Source of the DNA: a virus
Lineage: Duplodnaviria > Caudoviricetes
Direction: 5' to 3' (one strand)
Virus record (IMG/VR): IMGVR_UViG_2681813214_000004
Location: 8,537-72,536 of that record
Length of the DNA stretch: 64,000 nucleotides
Part shown: positions 9,560 to 18,608 of the stretch, piece after piece
Layout of the letters: every line of letters begins with the position of its first letter
Numbering within the stretch: position 1 is the first letter of the stretch
Translations under genes and position numbers: made by a program
Notes under the pieces: model-generated
What the model saw: the letters and a program-made list of their open reading frames with translations, nothing else
Databases searched by the model: none
Told to the model about the DNA's origin: nothing

Positions 9560-9963
9560 AAGCAGAACGCGTAGGATTTACCGGCACCCGTAAAGGTCTC
9601 AGCGCACAGCAGCAAGACTGGCTGCTGTCGACCCTGCCTATGGCAGAGATACATCATGGGGCGTGCAGGGGTGCAGATGAAATGATGCACTGCTACGCGA
9701 TGGCCGGGGACCGGCCCGTTGTTGTGCATCCGCCGATCAAAACAGATCTCCGAATGGACTACGACCCTGGCGCCACGTGGCTTCCCGCCAAGGATTACCT
9801 GGAGCGGGATAGAGACATTGTGGATGCGACGGAGGTTCTGTTCGCAACACCGGACGGACCGGAGCGCAATCAGTCCGGCACTTGGTACACCGTCCGGTAC
9901 GCGGTTAAGGCCGGAAAGCCGGTGTATATCTGCTATCCGGACGGCTCCCTGGAGCAGCGGTGA
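9556..9963 (+). CDS. SLOG-superfamily (DprA/YspA-like) protein
   Basis: GFTGTR, HHGACRGAD, RDRDIVD, SGTWYTVRYA and GKPV motifs. Confidence 0.75.
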   Translation: MKAERVGFTGTRKGLSAQQQDWLLSTLPMAEIHHGACRGADEMMHCYAMAGDRPVVVHPPIKTDLRMDYDPGATWLPAKDYLERDRDIVDATEVLFATPDGPERNQSGTWYTVRYAVKAGKPVYICYPDGSLEQR

Positions 9964-10589
9964 ACCCGGATGTTGTTCACCGCTGCCTGTCTAAACGTGA
10001 CTGTGTAAACCTCACTGGGGATAAGGAACCTGCGGCCACTAAACGGCAAGACACACTCTGCCACGGCTGCATCACACAAATCCAGCAGCACATGGAGCGT
10101 TTACCGCACTTGTTGTCGGCCCTCAGATTGTCTCTGGGGCGTTCTATGGGGTCTTCCCTTGGCGGTGGAAGGGTATCGGGCAGTAAAGAGCCCCCAGCGC
10201 CATTCAACGTGAATGTGGATGCTGTTTTGGTTGACGCTGTTGAGGTTGTGGAGCGTGCCGGTGGTTGGCAAGTGCGGGTAGCGGATTTGGTGAACCGCAC
10301 CACGGAGCCGTTCACGGTGTGGAGGAACGGGCACAGACGCGACAATTATCCCCTGTCTGGGGTGGACCGCGCACTTGATATCCGCCGCGTGTATCGACTG
10401 GTTGACAAGATGACAGGTTTCTCGCCTGTGTGGTCACGGAAGCCTGGTAATTGTCCGGGATGCAGTTTACAAACGCTGGGCTCTATGAGCGGCACCGATT
10501 TAGTGCAATGCACGAACTCGGCATGCGGTATCAGCTTCACGTTTGATGAGTATGAGCGCGATTGGGCGCCGAAAGCAGGTAAAAAATAG
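9960..10589 (+). CDS. Zn-finger hypothetical protein
   Basis: N-terminal CHGC; C-terminal CPGC...CTNSAC. Confidence 0.6.
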   Translation: MNPDVVHRCLSKRDCVNLTGDKEPAATKRQDTLCHGCITQIQQHMERLPHLLSALRLSLGRSMGSSLGGGRVSGSKEPPAPFNVNVDAVLVDAVEVVERAGGWQVRVADLVNRTTEPFTVWRNGHRRDNYPLSGVDRALDIRRVYRLVDKMTGFSPVWSRKPGNCPGCSLQTLGSMSGTDLVQCTNSACGISFTFDEYERDWAPKAGKK

Positions 10590-11081
10590 ATGAGAGCGTA
10601 TTTCGACGCTTGCGCAATGGTTGAGGATGAGCTTCATTCACAAGTGGCGGGCTATCCGGAGTCACTTTTTGTGTTGCCGACTGGGGCTTGGCTGGATTCG
10701 GACACATACTTTCAAGGACGTGCGGCAGACAAGATCCGTGTTCAGGATCGGTATGGGCGTGGACACGATGTTCAACTGACTGATCACCGGTATTGCAAAT
10801 TAGAATTGCGGAACGACCAGCTTGAATTGAGGCCATCTGAGTTTGTGCGGCGGGCACTGCTTCCCGCAGTGGCGTCACTGTCGGAGAGTTACAACTGTAC
10901 TGTCCTGAACTCTGACGCCCCAGTGATTGTTACGCGTGCACCTAGGCCGGTGCATGGCGATAAACCTGGAGGATATCTCTCTATTAATGGTGTTGATATG
11001 CGGTGGATGGTCATGTATGACCCCACCACTATCTGTGATGCATTGACTGTGGATTTCTATATGGGCATGTCGGAGAACTAA
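10590..11081 (+). CDS. Miniature major-capsid-protein paralogue (P-domain only)
   Basis: Residues 61-99 align ungapped to own MCP 80-118 (14/39 identical); residues 113-159 align ungapped to MCP 231-277 (12/47 identical). Confidence 0.8.
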   Translation: MRAYFDACAMVEDELHSQVAGYPESLFVLPTGAWLDSDTYFQGRAADKIRVQDRYGRGHDVQLTDHRYCKLELRNDQLELRPSEFVRRALLPAVASLSESYNCTVLNSDAPVIVTRAPRPVHGDKPGGYLSINGVDMRWMVMYDPTTICDALTVDFYMGMSEN

Positions 11082-11082
11082 A

Positions 11083-11505
11083 TTGAACGATACAATGATT
11101 ACGGTCGTCGGCAATTTGACTGCGGACCCGGAATTGCGGTTCACGCCGTCTGGTGCTGCGGTCGCCAACTTTACGGTCGCGTCCACGCCTAGAACTTTTG
11201 ATCGTCAGAGTTCGGAGTGGAAGGACGGTGATCCGCTGTTTCTTCGCTGCAATATTTGGAAAGAGGCTGCGGAGAATGTTGCGGAGTCTCTTGTGCGGGG
11301 TTCTCGGGTGATTTTGTCTGGCCGGTTGAAGCAGCGTTCGTTTGAGACTCGTGAGGGTGAGAAGCGTTCGGTGTTTGAGGTTGAGGTTGATGAGATCGGC
11401 CCGTCTTTGCGGTATGCGACGGCGAAGGTTTCTAAGGCCGGTAAGGGTGGTTCTAAGCCTGCTAATGACAGTTGGGCTGCCGCCGACGATTCGGCACCGT
11501 TTTAA
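11083..11505 (+). CDS. ssb: Single-stranded DNA-binding protein
   Basis: [32 protein letters not shown], actinobacterial SSB type; acidic tail ending DDSAPF. Confidence 0.97.
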   Translation: MNDTMITVVGNLTADPELRFTPSGAAVANFTVASTPRTFDRQSSEWKDGDPLFLRCNIWKEAAENVAESLVRGSRVILSGRLKQRSFETREGEKRSVFEVEVDEIGPSLRYATAKVSKAGKGGSKPANDSWAAADDSAPF

Positions 11506-11517
11506 GCGAGGGTTGCT

Positions 11518-11826
11518 ATGGCTGAGAATCTTATTAATCTAACTCCGGACGATATTACAAATATTGCCATAAATCTTTACGAGAAGCACGGCGAGTATCA
11601 GGGCGGTGTTGCGTGGAGAACTCTGGTTGTGCGTGTTGTTGATGCGATGGATGACTATCGAAACACATTTCCGGAGTATCAGCTACGTGTGCACCCAGAC
11701 GGGTCGGCTGTTCGTAGGCGGGGAGGCGAATGGCACTGGGTTTATCCGTCAGGAGAAGCGCCGCCAGTGGTGCCACCTATCCCTGATGTTTGGAGTTGGA
11801 CAGTTGCGTACGAGGGGGATGACTAA
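11518..11826 (+). CDS. Hypothetical protein
   Basis: GAGG RBS; in operon. Confidence 0.6.
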   Translation: MAENLINLTPDDITNIAINLYEKHGEYQGGVAWRTLVVRVVDAMDDYRNTFPEYQLRVHPDGSAVRRRGGEWHWVYPSGEAPPVVPPIPDVWSWTVAYEGDD

Positions 11827-11957
11827 TGTTTCGGTGTTCTGAGTGCCGTAAGCCTATCGGGTTGATGGTCGATCCTAAGGGTAAGCCTGAGTTGTTTAAG
11901 TGCCCACATTCGGGGCGTGTGGCTTCTGCGATAGAAAAGGGCAGTTGGGGGAAATAG

Positions 11958-12287
11958 GTGGCTGAACTTGCCATCGGGGGATACTCGGATGATCTAGTGG
12001 AATTCTCCGGGGTATTCACTGAAGAATACTGCATCTATGAGGCGACGACGTTCCTGGTGACCATAGATATTGGTCACGATCGGGCGCAGTTCGAAGTGCT
12101 TGCCGAATTCGGTAAAGCGGACTGGCAGCTAGCGGTCCGCGTCAGCTCCATGCAGTCGAATATTCCGGTAGTTGTTCGTTTCGATCAAACTGATAGCCCG
12201 GGGTTTGATCCGATGATTGTTTTTGAGTTCGATGATGATGCGAAGGTTCGTGTCATTAAGGTTGGGGGAGAAGATGACGAAGATTGA
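11958..12287 (+). CDS. Hypothetical protein
   Basis: IGGYSDDLVEF motif; GGGGGAAA RBS. Confidence 0.6.
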   Translation: MAELAIGGYSDDLVEFSGVFTEEYCIYEATTFLVTIDIGHDRAQFEVLAEFGKADWQLAVRVSSMQSNIPVVVRFDQTDSPGFDPMIVFEFDDDAKVRVIKVGGEDDED

Positions 12288-13554
12288 ACTACTGGGCAAT
12301 AAGAACTACGCAATCACCGTGATTGCGGTGGGCGAACCACATGACCTTCAGGGCTTGGACAACCTCGTGGGGGTTTCAATCTATGGCCTTCAGGCCCTCA
12401 CGACTCGCGGTATCGAGGCAGGGGATCTGCGGCTGTTGTTTGTGAGTGAGGCACAGATCGGTGAACGGTTCGCGCACGAGAACGATTTGAATCGTAAGGC
12501 CGAGTCCAACAAGACGGAGGCGACCGGGTTTCTGGAGCAGAACCGGCGTGTGCGCGCGATTAAACTGCGCGGCCACGTCAGTAACGCCCTGCTGATGCCG
12601 CTCGACTCGCTGGCCTACACGGGTCTGGACACGTCCTCGCTGAAGGTTGGGGACACGTTCGACACCGTTAATGGAGAAACCGTCGTCCGAAAGTACGAGG
12701 TCCCCGGTAAGGGTGTTCAGGGTAAGCCGGGGCAGCCGAAGATCCGGCAGCGCGTGGACCAAAAGCTGTTCCCGATGCATCTGGACACGGAGCATCTGTT
12801 CCGGAACATGCAGGTGTTCCGTGCCCCTCGGCGAGTAGTGGTCACGCAGAAGTTGCACGGCACTTCTATCCGTATTGGCCGGGTTCCGGCCGCCCGCGAT
12901 AAGGGCTGGATTGAGCGGGTTGTGGTCAACAAGTGGCTGGGTATCTCTACCCCGGAAACGGCTTACGAGGATGTGGCGGGGTCTCGCAGGGCCATCAAGG
13001 GCCGCGACGACAACAACCACTACTACGACTCCGATATTTGGGCCGAGTACGCGAAGCGCCTTGAGGGAATGATCCCGGAGAACTTCATCGTGTACGGGGA
13101 GTTGATCGGGTGGGAGTCGCCGGAGAAGCCGATCATGCACGGCTACACCTACGACTTGAAGCCTGGCGAGCGGGAGCTGTACGTGTACCGGGTCGCGACA
13201 GTGAACGGCCAAGGTGTTATCGCTGATTTGTCATGGGAGGGTGTGGAGCAGTTCTGTGCCGCTATCGGGGTCAAGACTGTACCGACACTGGATATTCAGA
13301 CTATTTACTCGCCAATGGGCTTGGACGATGACCAGTACTTGTATGAGTTCACGGAATTGCTGGACGTGAATTATTCCACTGTTGGCTACCCGGATGCAGT
13401 GCCGCTATCAAACCCGAAGTCTGTCGATGAGGGCTTCTGTTTGCGTATTGAGGGGCAGGTTCCCCGCATCTACAAGGCGAAGTCGCCATTGTTCTTTGAG
13501 CATGAGACGAAGCTGCTCGATAAGGGCGAGGTCGATCTAGAGAGTGTGGCCTGA
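12274..13554 (+). CDS. ATP-dependent RNA ligase with N-terminal OB-like domain (DRB0094/Rnl5-like)
   Basis: Motif I TQKLHGTS, motif III VYGELIG, motif IV DEGFC, motif V YKAKS. Confidence 0.88.
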   Translation: MTKIELLGNKNYAITVIAVGEPHDLQGLDNLVGVSIYGLQALTTRGIEAGDLRLLFVSEAQIGERFAHENDLNRKAESNKTEATGFLEQNRRVRAIKLRGHVSNALLMPLDSLAYTGLDTSSLKVGDTFDTVNGETVVRKYEVPGKGVQGKPGQPKIRQRVDQKLFPMHLDTEHLFRNMQVFRAPRRVVVTQKLHGTSIRIGRVPAARDKGWIERVVVNKWLGISTPETAYEDVAGSRRAIKGRDDNNHYYDSDIWAEYAKRLEGMIPENFIVYGELIGWESPEKPIMHGYTYDLKPGERELYVYRVATVNGQGVIADLSWEGVEQFCAAIGVKTVPTLDIQTIYSPMGLDDDQYLYEFTELLDVNYSTVGYPDAVPLSNPKSVDEGFCLRIEGQVPRIYKAKSPLFFEHETKLLDKGEVDLESVA

Positions 13555-14244
13555 ATGGGCATTGGGCGTAAAGAAAAGCAGCTTTTAGACGATATCGTTG
13601 TCTCTGAGAATGCGGCGGATCGTGAGCTGAAGGAAGCTCAGGCGCGGAAGGCGAACGCCGAAGCTGATCTGCTCGATTTGGAATACGCGTTGATCGCTCG
13701 GGCTACGCAGCTTTCACTTGATAGTGATGAGTACTGCGAATACCACTTCGCCGGGGATGTCGATCACGATTCTGTGACTGATTGTTTGGCACAGTTGAAG
13801 TATTGGGATCGGCAGGCCCCTGAGTGTCCGTTCAATATTGAGCTGACATCGCAGGGTGGCTCGGTGTGGGATGGGTGTCGCCTGTTCGATTATCTGGTGG
13901 ATTGGTCGATACGGGGCGGCGGATCGCATGAGATAACTATCCGGGTTCGGGGTATCGCGGCGTCTATGGCGTCTGTGTTGTTGCAGGCTGCTGATCATCG
14001 TGTGATGGGGCGGGGGTCGGTGTTGATGATCCATGAGTCGGCTATGAATCCGGGGTTCGGGCGTAAGTCTGCTTTGGAGGATGCGTTGCGTGCTTTGGAG
14101 GTTGAGGAAAGGTTCTCTGACCCGATTTTTGCGGAGCGCGCGGGGTTGTCTGTTGAGGAGTTCCGGGAGTTGTATCGGCGCCGGGATTTGTGGCTTACAC
14201 CGGATGAGGCGCTGACTATTGGGTTTATAGATCGGATTGGGTAA
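13555..14244 (+). CDS. ClpP-like serine protease
   Basis: SQGGSV, AASMAS (catalytic Ser) and LMIHE (catalytic His). Confidence 0.9.
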   Translation: MGIGRKEKQLLDDIVVSENAADRELKEAQARKANAEADLLDLEYALIARATQLSLDSDEYCEYHFAGDVDHDSVTDCLAQLKYWDRQAPECPFNIELTSQGGSVWDGCRLFDYLVDWSIRGGGSHEITIRVRGIAASMASVLLQAADHRVMGRGSVLMIHESAMNPGFGRKSALEDALRALEVEERFSDPIFAERAGLSVEEFRELYRRRDLWLTPDEALTIGFIDRIG

Positions 14245-14589
14245 ATGGATTCTTTGAGTGCTTTCGCGCGTGGTGAGGCTTCGCGCGGTAATCGTATTCG
14301 TGTTTTCGATTGGGTGCGTGCAGCGGAGATTATTCGTGATGCGAAGCCTGAGTATGCGTCTGCTGGGTTAGCTATGGATTGGGAATACACGGGAGGGCTT
14401 ATCTACGATGATGGCGCCCCTGTGCCTATCGATGATACTTACACGTATCTCGCTTCTACATGGGCTACTCCCGAGTTGAAAATTGATGGGGATGTCTTGG
14501 ATTGTTGGACCTGGGCTGACGAGTCGGGCTGGGACGCAGGGACGTACTGGCCGGAGGAAGCGTTAGAGGTACTTAACGGGGGCGTGTAA
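14245..14589 (+). CDS. Conserved phage hypothetical protein
   Basis: VFDWVRAAEII...AGLAMDWEYTGGLIY...YLASTWATP. Confidence 0.65.
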   Translation: MDSLSAFARGEASRGNRIRVFDWVRAAEIIRDAKPEYASAGLAMDWEYTGGLIYDDGAPVPIDDTYTYLASTWATPELKIDGDVLDCWTWADESGWDAGTYWPEEALEVLNGGV

Positions 14590-14825
14590 TGCTGTTTTAT
14601 TTGGGTGAGTTGTTGAATTGGTATCGGGGTTTGTTTCGGCGCCGTAAAGAGTTGGGTAGACCTGCGACAGCGGTTGAGTTGTTGAGTGTGCGGAACAATG
14701 AGCCGTTGGGTGTTCCGGAGCGCTATCAACTGTTGAGTGATCAGGTTGAGGCTGGGCAATACGGGGTGGTACCTGATTCTGTTGAGGTGTTTCCGTGGGA
14801 TCGTCGGAGGGCGGACGATGAGTGA
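14589..14825 (+). CDS. Hypothetical protein
   Basis: TAATG coupling. Confidence 0.5.
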   Translation: MLFYLGELLNWYRGLFRRRKELGRPATAVELLSVRNNEPLGVPERYQLLSDQVEAGQYGVVPDSVEVFPWDRRRADDE

Positions 14826-15027
14826 CTATTATAAAACGGGGTTTGAGCAGGATGTGCTGGGAATCCTGAACGATATCCGAAAGACGCTTAATGAGGCGTT
14901 GGAGATTCAGAAGCGGCAATGGGAACGTGTGCTCCCGGGCATAAATATTACGGGTCGTGACATTGCCAATGTCGCGGGGGATGACTCGGCTAATCGGCAG
15001 AATTATCAGGGGAATCCGCGGCGATGA
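14818..15027 (+). CDS. Hypothetical protein
   Basis: Coupled ORF. Confidence 0.5.
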   Translation: MSDYYKTGFEQDVLGILNDIRKTLNEALEIQKRQWERVLPGINITGRDIANVAGDDSANRQNYQGNPRR

Positions 15028-15353
15028 GTGACCGTCTTACGCTTTCCGATGGATGCGTGCTTGTTGCGGAAGTCGGGGATTGGGATTACAGCTGGTGGAC
15101 ATGTGGCGTGTTCTATAACCCGTCCACTGGGAAGTTCCATGTTGAAACGGACTGCGGATGCTCGTGTTATGGGCCGTGGGAGGACGTGCGCTCTGCGGCG
15201 GATTTCGACTCCTCGCCCACGAGTCTGGCGGAGTCAATCAATAGCATCCGATCTACAGTCACGAATGTGCGCCTATGGGATGGGCGCGAGGAACTAATTC
15301 GCGAGCTACGCGACTTTTATCAGGCAGAGAAGCGGAGGTCCCGGAATGGCTGA
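15024..15353 (+). CDS. Conserved actinophage hypothetical protein
   Basis: DYSW...GVF...TDCGCSCYGPWE motif. Confidence 0.65.
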   Translation: MSDRLTLSDGCVLVAEVGDWDYSWWTCGVFYNPSTGKFHVETDCGCSCYGPWEDVRSAADFDSSPTSLAESINSIRSTVTNVRLWDGREELIRELRDFYQAEKRRSRNG

Positions 15354-15690
15354 CCAGGATTTGTGGTCTTCTGGGGAACGTGTGGCCGCTTTGAAAGCTA
15401 TCTTGGATGATGGTGGGGATGCGACTCTCCGGAAAATTGAGGCTGCGATCTCTAGGTTCCGTGAGGGCGACCCGCTCGGGGTTGTGCGTAAGGGTTCGGG
15501 GTCAACGTTTTCTAACAGTCCGGTGCTGTATGCATTCTCGCTGGGTGGGGGCCGATGGCTTGTCCAGGGTGATGGTGTATCTGAGACGGTCTACAACTTG
15601 GAGAATGGTCAACATATTAAGGGTTGGGAGAAAGTCTACGACCCGAGGTCTGGGTGTCTGTGTGATTGCGACGAGTACGACTACTACTAG
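15346..15690 (+). CDS. Hypothetical protein
   Basis: Coupled ORF. Confidence 0.55.
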   Translation: MADQDLWSSGERVAALKAILDDGGDATLRKIEAAISRFREGDPLGVVRKGSGSTFSNSPVLYAFSLGGGRWLVQGDGVSETVYNLENGQHIKGWEKVYDPRSGCLCDCDEYDYY

Positions 15691-15782
15691 TGGGGGCGTT
15701 TGTTGATGGATGAGTTTGATGAGGTGTTTTGGGATGATGACGACTATCCCCATACGATGGAATTAGACGAGTACTAATCGCC

Positions 15783-15959
15783 GTGGATGAGTATCTGCAT
15801 TTGGATGTCGAGGAGATGCGCCGAGCCGCCAATAAGCTCGGCGTGTTCCTTGATCGTGCAGCGTTGAAACGCAAGGTGGAGTTTGATCCTGAGTTTGTTT
15901 TGCGTGAGGTGTTGCAGTCTATCAACAATTACCGGGTAATGAAGGGGACAGAAGGATGA
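15783..15959 (+). CDS. Small hypothetical protein (not in ORF track)
   Basis: GTG start MDEYLHLDVEE...; ATGA overlap with the next gene. Confidence 0.45.
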   Translation: MDEYLHLDVEEMRRAANKLGVFLDRAALKRKVEFDPEFVLREVLQSINNYRVMKGTEG

Positions 15960-16273
15960 GCGAACCCGATAGCGTGCTGGCTCACCAGTTCTGGCTTTAT
16001 GGTAAGGATCGTAAGAAGCTGGAACGGTTGAGCAATAAGATCGTGGATCTGATCTTCAAAAAGTTCGGCTCGGATATCGGTGTTCTTACGTCAACTTTTG
16101 CGAACGCAGACGATGTTGAGGAGAACGCGGCTGAGCGGGCGCTGAAACGGTTGAGCGGTCCCGTACCGAAGCCGTGGGGCAAGAACCAGACGCATACTCA
16201 CGCCTATAATTCGGCGATCCGTCATGCTGAGCGGGTTATCCGCGAGGAACTGACGAAGTATCACGGCCTGTGA
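15956..16273 (+). CDS. Hypothetical protein
   Basis: ATGA coupling. Confidence 0.55.
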   Translation: MSEPDSVLAHQFWLYGKDRKKLERLSNKIVDLIFKKFGSDIGVLTSTFANADDVEENAAERALKRLSGPVPKPWGKNQTHTHAYNSAIRHAERVIREELTKYHGL

Positions 16274-16626
16274 CGGGGGTGTGGCCCTGGCCCGAGGACA
16301 CCGAAACTGACCGCCTGCGCCGCATTCTCCACTACTACCGCAGTGCCCTCCTGGAGGAATTTCCTACCCGCTGCCTGACCGTAGATGAACGCATGTTCCA
16401 GTACGGGCAGGAATGGATCACTGATGACGACATTATCGATGTCGATCAGTTGTTTACTGCCCGCGAGGTGTGTGAATATATCGCCGCTAAATGGGGGACG
16501 ACAAAGGTTTCACCGTTTGATGTTCGTAATTGGGAGCGGGCGGGCGCATTTGTGGGGGAGAAGCGTGGTTCGCGGAAGTATTTCCGTCTCGGGGATGTGC
16601 TGGTTGAGGCACAAAAACACAACTAG
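16270..16626 (+). CDS. Putative DNA-binding protein with C-terminal MerR/excisionase-like HTH
   Basis: WPWPEDT...RRILHYYR N-terminus; LFTAREVC...DVRNW...YFRLGDVL. Confidence 0.6.
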   Translation: MTGVWPWPEDTETDRLRRILHYYRSALLEEFPTRCLTVDERMFQYGQEWITDDDIIDVDQLFTAREVCEYIAAKWGTTKVSPFDVRNWERAGAFVGEKRGSRKYFRLGDVLVEAQKHN

Positions 16627-16667
16627 TTCAAATAGTCGTAGTATAAACTAGCATTAGTGGGGGAGAC

Positions 16668-17081
16668 GTGTATCCGAATGACGAGTTCCGTGATATTTCT
16701 GGTGTCCCCGGTTACCGTGCTTCAGCTTCCGGGTTGATTCGTTCTCGGCGCCGCATCCTGAAACAGTGGGTGGATGGTTCGGGCCTGAAACGTGTCCAGA
16801 TCCGTGATAGGCCGAGGCAGGTGCATTTGCTTATGTTGGTGACTTTCTGCGGTCCACGCCCCGATGGGGGCTTCCCTGTGTGGGTTAATGGAGACCGTTT
16901 AGATAATCGGGCCGAGAATTTGTTGTGGGGTGTCCCGGAGCCTGTGGTTGTTCGTTCTGAGGTGTGTTCGAGGGGTCATGCTTTGGATGGGGCTGAGTGT
17001 TGGGGTGCTGGTCGGCATCGTATTTGTCGGGCTTGTGTTGATGGTGTTCCACCGATAGTGGATTTACCCGAGGTGCTTTAA
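16668..17081 (+). CDS. NUMOD4-HNH homing-endonuclease-like protein, probably inactive
   Basis: FRDISGVPGYRAS..G.IRS; VHLLMLVTFCGPRP; NGDRLDNRAENL with W where the HNH His is expected. Confidence 0.75.
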   Translation: MYPNDEFRDISGVPGYRASASGLIRSRRRILKQWVDGSGLKRVQIRDRPRQVHLLMLVTFCGPRPDGGFPVWVNGDRLDNRAENLLWGVPEPVVVRSEVCSRGHALDGAECWGAGRHRICRACVDGVPPIVDLPEVL

Positions 17082-17232
17082 TCGGCACGATTTTGTGGAC
17101 ATTATGCGGGGTTTGTGGTCTTGATTAGGTTTGGTGCTCCCCTCGGGGTTCTGAGCACCGGGCAGTCAGAGTTGTAGGGGTTCTTCTCGCGCGCTCCCTT
17201 GCTGGCTGCCGTCTACTTGAGTAGGGGTCGGC

Positions 17233-17472
17233 ATGACAACTGGTGATGCCGCCTGGGCGGCTCTGGCCGCTGGGATTGCCTTGTATGAGGCGTCTGGGCA
17301 TGAACTCATGACTGATGCCTGGAGAAGGTATCTGATAATCCATCCCATTTTGGCGCGGATAGTTCCGCTTGTTGTTGCGTTTCATTTGAATGGTTGGCTG
17401 CCCTGGTGGGTTGATCCGATACACGGTATTGGGTGGCTGGGTTCTTTGTTGAAAGGTTTTTTCCGTGGCTGA
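17233..17472 (+). CDS. Small membrane protein
   Basis: Hydrophobic segments; resembles a common mycobacteriophage family. Confidence 0.6.
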   Translation: MTTGDAAWAALAAGIALYEASGHELMTDAWRRYLIIHPILARIVPLVVAFHLNGWLPWWVDPIHGIGWLGSLLKGFFRG

Positions 17473-17836
17473 TGCTACTTCACCTGAACATTATCAGTTT
17501 GGCGGTAACCAGCTTATCGACATTACTCGGCATTTGTCGGGGTGCGGTGCGCAGGCCACGCAGTATGTGGTGCGTGCTACTCGTATGGACGGTAAGAATA
17601 AGGGTAAGACGGTGCGTGAGCGCGTTGAGGATTTGGAAAAATCTAAGGTGTTCATTGATGCCGAGATTGAGCGTCTGTCTGCCGTGCAAGATGCTTTTGG
17701 GGTTGATTTGGAGACTCGTAGGGATCTGGTAGAGCGCGCTAAGAAAGCTAGTATCGACGTTCGGGGTACGGCGGGTGGCTCTGGTGGTTACTTTATTAAT
17801 GGCCGCCTCTATACAAGCGGTGGTCCACTTGGATAG
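17465..17836 (+). CDS. DUF3310-like protein
   Basis: SPEHYQ...IDI...YVVRA...K...EDLEKSKVFIDAEI. Confidence 0.75.
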   Translation: MADATSPEHYQFGGNQLIDITRHLSGCGAQATQYVVRATRMDGKNKGKTVRERVEDLEKSKVFIDAEIERLSAVQDAFGVDLETRRDLVERAKKASIDVRGTAGGSGGYFINGRLYTSGGPLG

Positions 17837-18608
17837 CGGCCCTAAGATCCTGACTGTAGACATTGAAACGCAGCGGGCTATCGTTGAAACGTTCAGTTTG
17901 TGGTCAACCTTCACGCATATTGATCGGGTGATTAAACCTTCTCGAATTCTGTGTTTCGCGGCTCAGTGGCGTGGTGATGAGCGTGTGTTGTTCCATATGG
18001 CTTGGGATGATGACGACGATGACGCTTACGACCGGATGATTAATGCGGCGTGGAAGCTGTTGAATGAGGCCGATATTGTTGTCACCTACAACGGTGACCG
18101 TTTTGATTTGCAGTGGTTTAATGCCGAGTTTGAGCGTCTTCGTTTAGGTCCGCCGTCGCCGTATAAGAGTCTTGACTTGGTGAAGGTGACTAAGAAGCAG
18201 TTCAAGCAGGGTTTGTTGTCGATGAAGCTGGATTGGTCTGCGCGGATCTTTTTGGGGGATCGGAAGACTCCTCATGGTGGTACTGATCTTTGGCATGATA
18301 TTCGTTATGGTGTTCGTGCTGAGCGGCGTGCTGCGCAGAAGGTTATGCGCGAGTATTGCGAGCATGACACTGTTTTGACTGGGCGTTTGTTGGAGCGTTG
18401 GTTGCCGTGGTCGAACATCAATATGGGTATTTACCATGATGATGGATTGCCGCATTGTTCTAAGTGTGGCAGGACTGATATGCATCGTGATGGTTTCCAT
18501 TACACGGGGGCTGGGAAGTTTCAGCAGTATCAGTGTAATGATAAGTCGTGTCGGGGTTGGTCTAAGGGTTCTAAGCGTTTGGCGACTACCGAGTTGAGGT
18601 CGGCCTGA
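17829..18608 (+). CDS. RNase H-like / DnaQ-superfamily exonuclease with C-terminal Zn ribbon
   Basis: TVDIET, YNGDRFD, SLDL and YCEHDT motifs; CSKC...CN..C. Confidence 0.85.
   Translation: MDSGPKILTVDIETQRAIVETFSLWSTFTHIDRVIKPSRILCFAAQWRGDERVLFHMAWDDDDDDAYDRMINAAWKLLNEADIVVTYNGDRFDLQWFNAEFERLRLGPPSPYKSLDLVKVTKKQFKQGLLSMKLDWSARIFLGDRKTPHGGTDLWHDIRYGVRAERRAAQKVMREYCEHDTVLTGRLLERWLPWSNINMGIYHDDGLPHCSKCGRTDMHRDGFHYTGAGKFQQYQCNDKSCRGWSKGSKRLATTELRSA

Noticed and set aside
11945-11962. TGGGGGAAATAGGTG repeated at about 11946 and 52133 as a possible operator
   Set aside because: Both copies coincide with RBS, stop and start junctions (…WGK*GTG); explained by translational coupling
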